DNA from: Candidatus Marinacidobacterium sp.
GTDB taxonomy: Bacteria; Acidobacteriota; Vicinamibacteria; Marinacidobacterales; Marinacidobacteraceae
DNA: 64,000 bases
Assembly (NCBI GenBank): GCA_965220965.1
Contig: OZ244852.1
Span: 1,088,001-1,152,000, forward strand
Direction of reading: 5' to 3'
Shown here: positions 29,384-38,262 of the stretch, piece by piece
Layout: the number at the start of each line of letters is the position of its first letter
Numbering within the stretch: position 1 is the stretch's first letter
The notes under the pieces: generated by a model
What the model saw: only the letters and a program-made list of their open reading frames with translations
Told to the model about the DNA's origin: nothing
Databases searched by the model: none
Translations under genes and position numbers: made by a program

Positions 29384-32300
29384 TCAGACCGGGGGGCTCG
29401 CCCGCGCAACCAGCTCGGAGAGCTTGTAGTTCACGCTTGTAACGCCAAAGTCCGGTTCCTGACTGAAGGGGTGCTTCAGATAAAGGACCTCCTCCCGGCC
29501 ATCCTCGTGAAACAGGACGAGGGCGAGGATGAACTCCCGGGGCTTGTTGAGGGCGGTGAGGATCTCGTTGCGCGTGACGGTCACTGTCTCGGCGGTCGCG
29601 ATCCTCCCCTTGACCTCGATGAAGCGCAGCCTCCTGGTGTTGGGGTTGAAGCTCTCGATGTCGTAACCGAGCTTCTCGGTCTCGCGGTCCACCGGCTCGA
29701 AGCCAAGCTCCCGCTCTGCCGCCATCACCGCGCGACGCGCTCGCGCCGCAGAGGTCTGCGTATCGACTGGCGGTGCTGGTTGGTGCCCGGTTCCGTGGAT
29801 CTCATCCAGAAGACCCCGAGGGACCACGACGAACGCCCCGGTCACTGTGGGAGACGCCGGCGAAATGCGCCTTTGCTCGTCCAACTGCCGTAGCCGGGCC
29901 TCCATGCGCCTCCGAAGCTCGTCCGCCGTCTGCTGCGCCTGGCTTGCGTTCATCCGGGCCACGGGATCGTCGGCGCGCTTTCCGGCTGCGAGTTCCTGGG
30001 CCCGGCGATCCCAATGAGCGATTTCCCGCTCCAGCCGCTTCTTCACCTCGGCGGCCGTCTTCCGGAGAAGCTCCACCCGCGTCTCGGTCACCTCGTTGAA
30101 ATGGTCGGGAACCACGGCCGCGATCGCGTGGTCGCGCGCCCGCTCCTGGAGACTGCTGCCGATCCACTCGAATTCCGGCCGAGACAGGAGCTCGCTGGCG
30201 GCGGGCTCGTCGGGCGCCAGCGGACGAAAGTCGAGGTACGGGGCCGGTCCGAGCCCGCGGATCGAGTCCCGGTCCATTTCGACGGTGACCATCCGCTCGC
30301 TCAGGACCCTCGGCTTGTCACCGTCGACGCGGCCCTCCCGGACTTCGTGCGACAGCGTGACGACGACGCGCGGCTCGGTCCCGTCGTCCAGGTCGTCCAC
30401 CAGCACGGCCCCCTGGCGCAGCACGGGCCCGTACCGCTCCTTCGTCCAACGGACTACGGCGTCGAGCAGCGGATGGCCGGGCGCAAGGAACTCCGCCGAC
30501 GGTTTCCCGTCCACCTGGATGCGACTCTTGTCGAAGGCGACCCGCTCGTAGCGTCGTACGACGGGCTTCTTCCGACCACTCGCGATGGCCTTGCCAACCT
30601 CCCGGATGGCCTGCGGCACATGAGTGATCTGCCAGCGGTCCGTTTCGCGGCCCCGCAACGAGCCGCCGGCGCGGTCCAGGGCATGGCGGAAGAAGGAGCC
30701 AATGAAGTGGGGCTGGAGTCTTCGCGCCTCGGCGCGCTCCATCTCGGCCCGGATGGCCTCGACGCGGGACGTGTCCATGACTTCGCCCGCGAGGGCTCCC
30801 TCCCTGATGAGGCGCCTCAGGTGCGCCGTGTCCACCACGTCGTCGACCACACGTTCCAGATGGAGTCTCGCTTCGGGACGCTCCCCGTACCGGATCGCCT
30901 CGATGAGCAGCTCTCCCAGCGGCTTTCCCTCGAACGCAAGGTTTCCGAGCACGTCGAACACCTGTCCGCCGAGCGTCTGTCGCGCCTGCCCCAGTTTCTC
31001 GAGCAGCCGCTCGTAGACGGCGCCCTCCCGCGTGTCCTTCGCCACCAGATTCCAGAGATGGCAGGTCTCCCGCTGTCCGATCCGGTGGATGCGGCCGAAG
31101 CGCTGCTCCAGCCGGTTGGGGTTCCAGGGCAGGTCGTAGTTGACCATGAGGTGCGCCCGCTGCAGGTTGATGCCTTCCCCGGCGGCGTCGGTCGCGAGCA
31201 GGACCCGCACCTGGGGGTCATGCAGGAACCGCTCCTGGGACTCCCGCCTGGACCGCCGGTCCATCCCGCCATGGATCATCGCGACCGCCTGCGGCCGACC
31301 GAACCGCGTTTCGATGCGGGCCTGAAGCGCGTCCAGGGTCGCACGGTGCTCGGTGAACACAACGAGCTTGCGGGGTGCCGACTCTGACGCTGGCGGAAGC
31401 GCTTCCAGGCCGGCGATCCTCTGCCTGGCGCTCGTTCGCCGTGACGGTCCGCCGCCGAAGAGTTCGTCGAGAAGACCGCGAAGTTCGCTCCATTTCGTGT
31501 CCTTCCCGCTCTGGACCACCTTCTGCGCCCGGAGTTCCAGTTTTCGGAGCGCCGCGATCTCCTGCTGGAGCTCTTCGACGGTCCTCGCGGCCGTCGCCTG
31601 GTCGAGAACCCGCTCCTCCTCGGCCTCGACTTCGTCCTCGGGAAACTCGTCGAGGTCTTCGAGGAAGTCCTCGGCGATATGGCGGATCCGGTCGGGCCGC
31701 CGCGCTTTCCCCCCGCCGCTCTCCAGCTCTTCCCGCTGGGCGTCCAGACGCTCGCGACGCCGGCGGAGCGAAGCGTGGATGGCTTCCGGTGACGAGGCCA
31801 GCCGCCGCTGCAGCACCGTGAGGGCAAACCCGACGGTCCTCCTCCGACCGGAACTACCGACACGGTCAGCGCGGTTGAACTCCTCCCGGACGTAGCTGGT
31901 GACGGCCTCGTAGAGCTCCTTCTCGGCGCCGCTCAGCTCGTAGGGGATCGTGTGGGCGATGCGCTCGGGGAACAGCGGCTTGCTGTCGAACCGGAGGAGC
32001 TTTTCCTTCACCATCCGCCGCATCAGATCGGAGGCGTCCACCCGCCAATTCGCCTCGTTCGCGTGCCGGCCGGGTTTGCCGGCAAAGCGGTCTTCGTCCA
32101 GCAGGCTCATGAAGAGCGAGAAGTTGGCCTCGATCCCCGAGTGGGGTGTCGCCGTCATGAGCAGCAGGTGGCGAGTCTTCTGCGAGAGAAGCCGACCGAG
32201 CTGGAACCGCTTGGTGTACTTGATCTCGTCGCCGTAGTACTGGGCCGACATCTTGTGGGCCTCATCGCAGATCACCAGGTCGTAGCGGCAGTCCCGGGCC

Positions 32301-32953
32301 CTGATCTGGCTCTGGAGCTCCTCGTTGCGGGACAGCATGTCGAGGCGGGCGATCCCGAACGGGGTCTCGAGGAACCAGTTGCCGCTGGCCGCGGTCTCGG
32401 CCTTGTCTTTGGTCAGGATGTCGAACTGGAGCCGGAACTTCTGATCCAGCTCGTCCTGCCACTGCTCCACGAGCGCCCCGGGACACACCACGAGACAGCG
32501 CTCCACATCCCCGCGGGCGATCAGCTCGCGGATGAGGAGGCCCGCCATGATCGTCTTCCCGGCGCCCGGGTCGTCGGCCAGCAGGAAGCGCAGCGGCTGG
32601 CGCGGCAGCATCGCCTCGTAGACGGCGGTGATCTGGTGTGGCAGGGGCTCGACGTCGGACGTCTGGACCGCAAGGCGCGGGTCGTAGAGGTGCGCGAGGT
32701 GGATGCGCTCCGCCTCCGCCGCGAGGCGAAACAGCGCGCCGTCGGCGTCGAACCGAAACGCCGGCTCTTCCGGCGCGACCTCGAGTCGGGACTCGTCGGC
32801 GCGGTAGAGAACCCGCTCGTCGAGGCGGCCACCCTCGTCACGCGTGATCAGGGTGAGCGCGTCGTTTCCGTGCCACGTCAGGCTTTCGACGCGGACCGGC
32901 GCCGACGCCAGACCGAGAACGTGAACCCCGGTCTGGAGATCTTCGAGCTTCAC
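29384..32953 (-). CDS. SNF2-family helicase with C-terminal DUF3883 (NOV) nuclease
   Basis: ADDPGAGKT, DEAH, TATPH, NYDLPWNPNRLEQRFGRIHRIGQ, GYDIES...IEVKGR; probable GTG start at 32953. Confidence 0.92.
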   Translation of the reverse strand: MKLEDLQTGVHVLGLASAPVRVESLTWHGNDALTLITRDEGGRLDERVLYRADESRLEVAPEEPAFRFDADGALFRLAAEAERIHLAHLYDPRLAVQTSDVEPLPHQITAVYEAMLPRQPLRFLLADDPGAGKTIMAGLLIRELIARGDVERCLVVCPGALVEQWQDELDQKFRLQFDILTKDKAETAASGNWFLETPFGIARLDMLSRNEELQSQIRARDCRYDLVICDEAHKMSAQYYGDEIKYTKRFQLGRLLSQKTRHLLLMTATPHSGIEANFSLFMSLLDEDRFAGKPGRHANEANWRVDASDLMRRMVKEKLLRFDSKPLFPERIAHTIPYELSGAEKELYEAVTSYVREEFNRADRVGSSGRRRTVGFALTVLQRRLASSPEAIHASLRRRRERLDAQREELESGGGKARRPDRIRHIAEDFLEDLDEFPEDEVEAEEERVLDQATAARTVEELQQEIAALRKLELRAQKVVQSGKDTKWSELRGLLDELFGGGPSRRTSARQRIAGLEALPPASESAPRKLVVFTEHRATLDALQARIETRFGRPQAVAMIHGGMDRRSRRESQERFLHDPQVRVLLATDAAGEGINLQRAHLMVNYDLPWNPNRLEQRFGRIHRIGQRETCHLWNLVAKDTREGAVYERLLEKLGQARQTLGGQVFDVLGNLAFEGKPLGELLIEAIRYGERPEARLHLERVVDDVVDTAHLRRLIREGALAGEVMDTSRVEAIRAEMERAEARRLQPHFIGSFFRHALDRAGGSLRGRETDRWQITHVPQAIREVGKAIASGRKKPVVRRYERVAFDKSRIQVDGKPSAEFLAPGHPLLDAVVRWTKERYGPVLRQGAVLVDDLDDGTEPRVVVTLSHEVREGRVDGDKPRVLSERMVTVEMDRDSIRGLGPAPYLDFRPLAPDEPAASELLSRPEFEWIGSSLQERARDHAIAAVVPDHFNEVTETRVELLRKTAAEVKKRLEREIAHWDRRAQELAAGKRADDPVARMNASQAQQTADELRRRMEARLRQLDEQRRISPASPTVTGAFVVVPRGLLDEIHGTGHQPAPPVDTQTSAARARRAVMAAERELGFEPVDRETEKLGYDIESFNPNTRRLRFIEVKGRIATAETVTVTRNEILTALNKPREFILALVLFHEDGREEVLYLKHPFSQEPDFGVTSVNYKLSELVARASPPV

Positions 32954-32969
32954 GCCGGTGTTCCGGTGC

Positions 32970-35900
32970 TCATTCGTCCTCGAAGCCGTGTTTGGCGAAG
33001 CGGAGGGACTGGCTGTTCTCCCGGACGATCCTGACGATGTCCTCCGGGAACCCTTCGGACCGCTCGGCCGAGACCTCGAGGGTGACCTGGACATCGGCGC
33101 CGATCTGTCCGGAGAGATGAGCGATGACCTCTTCGGCGACTCTGGCCGCATCAGGTCCGATGCGCCCTGGATCGAGCGCGACCGAGCCGAAGAAGCGCCG
33201 TGACGTCGGGACCGGCGGGGGAGGTATCGGCGGATCCGGCGGGGGCACGGGCCCGGGTTCCCGATCCGCGGCCACCGCCTCCGGCCGCACCAGCACCCCC
33301 GGAGAATCGGGCGTCACCCGGTAGGCCTGCCCAGCGCTCACCCCAACGTAGCGCCCTTCTCCTTCATCGTAGGACTCGGCAAAGCCGAAGGTGTCCCGCT
33401 TCCAGCTCAGGAGCCCGAGCCCCTGCGTGATCGTCTCCGCGAGAACCTCCGGTCCCGCCAGACGGGGGCGCTCCAGGAGCTGCGCGTAGTAGTGGACCAG
33501 CTTCCGGATGGAGACGTGGTCGCCGTCCCAGAGCGGCACGCGGTCCAGATCCCGCCGCAGCAGCGTCGCGCCGTACTGCGTGATGAGGAGTTCTTCCTTC
33601 CGGGCCCGGACTGCAACGCGCTCGACGAGACCGCCCGATCCCTTGAGCCGCAGCGCCTCCCAGGTGACCGGGGCCTGCGGCCCCGTCTTCTTGGGCGCCA
33701 GCAACCAGCAGTAGGTCTCGCGCAACTGCGCCTCCACCCCCCGCTCCGCATCGTCCCGCCGCGCCTCCGCCTGCTTTCGTTGCGACGGCGCGAGATTCAG
33801 GCGGTCGGCGTCGTCAACGACCGAGCGCCACGCCAGAAGCCGACGGACCGCGCCTTCGAGATCCTGACTCCTTGTCTTGTCAGCCGCCAGGAACAGCAGG
33901 GTGTTCCGGAACTCCCGTGGCGCGTTGCCGCGCCATTCCAGGATCTTCTGCGCCTTCCCCACGGCGGGGTCATCCCCCTCTCCCTTCACGCACGGTGTAT
34001 CGGTGGAGAGGATCACGAGTCGGACGCGCGTCTCGTCGGGCACATCCCCCGATTCGCGCGGCGCTGCGTGGATCGCCGCGAAATCCCCACGCCTCTTCGC
34101 CTCCTCGCGGAGGCGTTTCCCGACCTCCTGCGCCACATCGTCGCCCCGGCATTCCTGCGCCCGATCCCGGGCGAGCTTGGTAACCGTCGGCTGGATGTCG
34201 TACCAGTAGCGGGAGCCGTCGGCGTAGAGATACGTCCCGCGTTCCGTGAGGCGGCGCAACGCATCCTCGTAGACCGCGATCCGTTGTCCCGGAATGGCGC
34301 ATCCGAGTCGGATGCGGCGGGCCTCGATCCCCTGCTGGGCCGCTTTCTGCTTCGGCGCCGACCCCAGGAATATGGTGCGGGCGACCTTCCCGGCGGCCCG
34401 CACCCGGCCGAAGTTGGCGTTCGACTTATCGATCTCGAGCGGCAGCGATCGGTCGCCATCCACGTCCTGATCGAGGATCGAGTCCCAGGGATCCTCCAGG
34501 TAACGAAGCAGCTCGGACCGCACCGGCCCCGGGTCCAGAGGGATCATGGACGGCAGGATCAGCGGGCTCTGATCGTTCGATTCCCACAGCGAGTGGATGA
34601 CCGCCGCCATCAGGCGAAGGACGCCCCGGGTGCGCTGGAAGCGGAGCCGCGAGGCCCAGTCTTCGTAAAGCCGGTCAAAGACCTCCGGGTGGATCGGGTA
34701 GGCGCTCTCGATTCGCTCGCGGTACGGGACCTCGGAGCAGGCCCTCGGAAAGTCCGCCCGGCCCTCCCGGTAATACTCGGCGAACCGCCGGGCGGTCTGG
34801 TCCCGGTGCTTGTAGTGACTGCCGGGCATGTTCTCGAACAGCCTCCGCCGGACGATCTCGAAGCCCTCCTCCGATGTCGCTGGCTTCCACGATGAGGCCA
34901 CGCGACCGAGAACATTCCGCAGCTTGTCAAGGGCCTGCCGACCCCGCACTCCGCCGACCTCCTCGTCCATGTCGTCGGAGGAGGCGTGTCCCTCGCTGGA
35001 CGCCGGGAGCGAGATCACGAGCAGGCAGTTCTTCGCCTGCTTGACCGTTTCGGTGAGGGCCTGGGCGAACGAGAACTGCGTCTCGAACGATCCACCGGGA
35101 AGGTCGGAGCGGTCCTGAAGCTGGCGGGCGTAGGCCACCCATTCGTCCACCAGGATCAGGGCCGGCCCGTAACGCTCGAGCAACTTGCCGAGCGCCGCCC
35201 CCGGGTTGGTGGCTTTTTCGTCGTCGGTCCGGATCCGGGCGAAGGCCTCCGGGCCGCCGAGTTGCCAGGCGAGTTCTCCCCAGAGCGTTCGGACGATCAC
35301 GCCGTCGGGCTTTTTCTGCGGGCTACCGGGTGAGATGCGGTTCCCGACGAGAACCACGCGCCGCACGTTCGATGGCAGTTCGGTGATCTCCGCCTTGGAA
35401 AGCAGGTTGTCCACACCGTACAGATCCGAGGCCGGCTTTCCGGAAAAGAGGTGGTAGAGCGCCAGCATCGAGTGGGTCTTGCCCCCACCAAAGTTCGTCT
35501 GGAGGTCGACCACCGGGTCTCCGCCAACCCCGGAGAGCCGGCGCACACCCCCGGTCAGCAAGGCCCGGAGTCCCGCGGTGAGATGGGTTCGCCGGAAAAA
35601 CTGGCCGGGATCGCCGTACTCGGCCCCCACGGCTCCCGCATCGTCATGGACGGCGTGGAGATCCGCCGCGAACTCGGCCTGCTGGTAGGCGCCTCCCCGA
35701 ACATCCTCGTGCGGCGTGATGACGTCCCGCCACGGCTTCAGTCCCTCGACCGGCCCCTCCGCAACGCGTTCCTTCCGCTTCCGGCGGCGATCCGCGTCAC
35801 GCGCCCGTTCCTCGTACCGGAGGCGAAGAAGCTCGTCCTTCATCGGGACCAACTGAGCGGCCTGCGAGGCCGACACCGCCGCCAGGAGTCGCTCGGCGTC

Positions 35901-36242
35901 ATCCAGCGCGCGGAAGGCCTCGTCGCCGGAAAACGTCTGCTGGTGAGCCCAACGGTTCCGCGCCGCCTTCAGAGCGTGGATCAGACTCCGCTCGGCGTTT
36001 CCGAGCGGAAACCGGAAGACCGGATCCCAGAGATCGAGCATCACCCCGAGGAGCGCGGCGGCGTCCCATCCCTCCGGGAACGACTTCGCCTGGTTCCGCG
36101 ACCGCGCCAGCGCGGAAAGCGCGTCCCGGCCGACGCGTTGCTTCTCTATTCCGCTCTGGACCTCCCGCTCGATGAAGGGGGCGAGCCCCTGCTGCAGCAG
36201 GTCGAGCGCCTTCCCGACCTGATCGCGGTTCGTCAGTGCCAC
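32970..36242 (-). CDS. Swt1-like HEPN + DUF499 AAA+ ATPase
   Basis: RNRWAH (RxxxxH), PWRDVITPH, EFAADL, TNFGGGKTHS, YPIHPE, FQRTRGVLRL; GGAGG RBS. Confidence 0.9.
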   Translation of the reverse strand: MALTNRDQVGKALDLLQQGLAPFIEREVQSGIEKQRVGRDALSALARSRNQAKSFPEGWDAAALLGVMLDLWDPVFRFPLGNAERSLIHALKAARNRWAHQQTFSGDEAFRALDDAERLLAAVSASQAAQLVPMKDELLRLRYEERARDADRRRKRKERVAEGPVEGLKPWRDVITPHEDVRGGAYQQAEFAADLHAVHDDAGAVGAEYGDPGQFFRRTHLTAGLRALLTGGVRRLSGVGGDPVVDLQTNFGGGKTHSMLALYHLFSGKPASDLYGVDNLLSKAEITELPSNVRRVVLVGNRISPGSPQKKPDGVIVRTLWGELAWQLGGPEAFARIRTDDEKATNPGAALGKLLERYGPALILVDEWVAYARQLQDRSDLPGGSFETQFSFAQALTETVKQAKNCLLVISLPASSEGHASSDDMDEEVGGVRGRQALDKLRNVLGRVASSWKPATSEEGFEIVRRRLFENMPGSHYKHRDQTARRFAEYYREGRADFPRACSEVPYRERIESAYPIHPEVFDRLYEDWASRLRFQRTRGVLRLMAAVIHSLWESNDQSPLILPSMIPLDPGPVRSELLRYLEDPWDSILDQDVDGDRSLPLEIDKSNANFGRVRAAGKVARTIFLGSAPKQKAAQQGIEARRIRLGCAIPGQRIAVYEDALRRLTERGTYLYADGSRYWYDIQPTVTKLARDRAQECRGDDVAQEVGKRLREEAKRRGDFAAIHAAPRESGDVPDETRVRLVILSTDTPCVKGEGDDPAVGKAQKILEWRGNAPREFRNTLLFLAADKTRSQDLEGAVRRLLAWRSVVDDADRLNLAPSQRKQAEARRDDAERGVEAQLRETYCWLLAPKKTGPQAPVTWEALRLKGSGGLVERVAVRARKEELLITQYGATLLRRDLDRVPLWDGDHVSIRKLVHYYAQLLERPRLAGPEVLAETITQGLGLLSWKRDTFGFAESYDEGEGRYVGVSAGQAYRVTPDSPGVLVRPEAVAADREPGPVPPPDPPIPPPPVPTSRRFFGSVALDPGRIGPDAARVAEEVIAHLSGQIGADVQVTLEVSAERSEGFPEDIVRIVRENSQSLRFAKHGFEDE

Positions 36243-36331
36243 AAGATTTCCTCCATCCGACGTTCGGGACGCGGATGTGAACGGATCTTATGCGGGTCGC
36301 CGGTCAGAACCTGTCACTTGCCGACTCCGCT

Positions 36332-37246
36332 TCACCGCGCGCTGCGGGGCCGCCGTGACGCCTCGAAATCACGGGAAGGATCGAGCAGAGCGGCGATCGC
36401 GCTCCCGATCCGTTCGGCCGCCGCCTCCAGATCCCGGTCGCCCACATGGGTGTAGCGCAGGGTCATCCGCGTCCCGCTGTGCCCGAGCAGGCGGGAGACG
36501 ACGGGGAGGGGCGTTCCCCGCAGCACCGCGTGGCTCGCGAACGTGTGCCTCAGATCGTGCAGGCGAACATCCTCGATGCGGGCGTCACGGCGCACCTTGC
36601 GCCAGAGGGAAAGCTCCGAAGATCGAGGCTGGGACGGATCTCGAAGGCAGGGGAAGACCCAGGGGCTCCCGTTGCGAGGCTGCCTCCGCAGGATGTTCCG
36701 GGCGGGCGCATTCAGAAGCACCGTGCGAGCGCCGGTCTTGCTGTCCGGTAGGTGAAGCATGTCGTCGTCCACGTCGCGGCAGCGCAGATGCACGAGTTCT
36801 CCCTTGCGGCAGCCGGTGAGGAGCAGAAGGCGCAGAATGTCCGCCTGTTGGCCTCCGGACCCTCGGCCCCGATGACGATCTATGGCGCGGTGCAGCCTCC
36901 GGACTTCCGTCCGTGACAGGAATCGGGTCCGGCGGACCTCCGGGTTGCGCACGACTCCGCGCGCCGGATTGCGACGGAGATGCCCGCAGGCCACGGCGTG
37001 ATTCAGGATCTGGCGCAGGATGTCGAGGGTCCGGTTGGCGCCGGCCGGGGCGCTCGCGCTGTAGCGGTCGAACCAGGCATGGACGACGCGCGGCTGGATG
37101 CGTGTCACGCGGCGTCCCCCGAACGTGGGCAGCAGTTGGGTTCGCAGCGCGCTGTCCACCCGCCGGCGGGTTGAGGGCTTCAAGCGCTGGTAGCACTCGG
37201 CCCTCCACCGACCGCTCACGAACTCCGCAAACGTTGGCGCGGTCAA
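36332..37246 (-). CDS. Tyrosine recombinase/integrase (copy 2)
   Basis: TGCRKGE, DSKTG, HDLRH, LLGH, RY; no arm-binding domain. Confidence 0.92.
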   Translation of the reverse strand: MTAPTFAEFVSGRWRAECYQRLKPSTRRRVDSALRTQLLPTFGGRRVTRIQPRVVHAWFDRYSASAPAGANRTLDILRQILNHAVACGHLRRNPARGVVRNPEVRRTRFLSRTEVRRLHRAIDRHRGRGSGGQQADILRLLLLTGCRKGELVHLRCRDVDDDMLHLPDSKTGARTVLLNAPARNILRRQPRNGSPWVFPCLRDPSQPRSSELSLWRKVRRDARIEDVRLHDLRHTFASHAVLRGTPLPVVSRLLGHSGTRMTLRYTHVGDRDLEAAAERIGSAIAALLDPSRDFEASRRPRSAR

Positions 37247-37248
37247 GC

Positions 37249-38136
37249 TCAGCCCCCGAGCGCCCGCCCGACCCGCTCGGAGGCGAGACGAGCCATGGCG
37301 TCGCCGAAGTGGAGGTAGCGGAGCGTCGTCGCCGGGTCGCGGTGGCCGAGCAGTCGGCCGATGGTCAGCACCGTCTCTCCTCGCCGCAACGCAAGGCTGG
37401 CGTAGGTGTGCCGAAGGTCGTGGAGCCGGACGTCCGGGAGGTCAGCCATCCTTCTCAGGCTCCGCCAGTGGCGCGACAGGGTCTCGGAGGGCATCGGCCC
37501 CGAACCCCGGCTCGCCGGGAAGACCCACACGCTGCGCCGAGGCAGCAGGTCCAGGACCGAGCGCGCCGCGCGCGAAAGCCAGACAGTGCGCGGGCCAACC
37601 TTGCTGTCGCTCAGGAACAGACAGTCCTCCCGGTAGTCGGACCACCGGAGCGCCCGGATCTCGCTCTGCCGGCAGCCGGTCAGCAGGAGGAGCCGGACCA
37701 GGGCGGCAGGTAAGGGGATGTTGCTCTGCTCGGCGGCGAGCGTCGCGCCGAGCCGCCGGGTCTCCTCCATCGTCAGGAAGCGTTGCCTGCCCGGTCGCCG
37801 GTAGCGCCGGATCCCGAGGCACGGGTTCGCGCCCCGTCGCCGGTAGCCGTAGATCTCAGCCTGACGAAGGATGACCGACAGGATGGGAAGCGAACGATCG
37901 GCGGCCGCGGGAGTCTTGTGCAGGGCGGAGAACCACCGCTGCACCTCGGCGCGCGTGATGGAGCGCACCGGTCGCTCCCCGAACCAGGGGAGGATCTGGT
38001 TGCGCAAGTAGATCCGGTTCACCGCCAGGGTGCTCGGCTTCCAGGTCCGGCCGTAGCGTTGGAAGACTTCGCTTGCGACGGCATGAAAGCGGTGGCCGCG
38101 CGTCGGAGAGCGGCGTGGTGAGTCGTGTGTCGGCAT
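37249..38136 (-). CDS. Tyrosine recombinase/integrase (copy 1); start uncertain
   Basis: TGCRQSE, DSKVG, HDLRH, LLGH, RY. Confidence 0.9.
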   Translation of the reverse strand: MPTHDSPRRSPTRGHRFHAVASEVFQRYGRTWKPSTLAVNRIYLRNQILPWFGERPVRSITRAEVQRWFSALHKTPAAADRSLPILSVILRQAEIYGYRRRGANPCLGIRRYRRPGRQRFLTMEETRRLGATLAAEQSNIPLPAALVRLLLLTGCRQSEIRALRWSDYREDCLFLSDSKVGPRTVWLSRAARSVLDLLPRRSVWVFPASRGSGPMPSETLSRHWRSLRRMADLPDVRLHDLRHTYASLALRRGETVLTIGRLLGHRDPATTLRYLHFGDAMARLASERVGRALGG

Positions 38137-38262
38137 GTGAGCAAGGATCGCCACAAAGGGGAGCCATTGACGGGAGGTTCGGAGTCACAGGAGGGGCGCC
38201 GCGGAACCTCTTGTCCCGCAAGTCTTTGGGGTGTCCTGGAGGCTCCGATACCCTCTACCCTC

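Noticed and set aside
36243-38262. att-like repeats flanking the recombinase pair
   Set aside because: Only short partial matches were found (CCCGCA-type, GAGGTTC/GAACCTC), too weak to call by eye.
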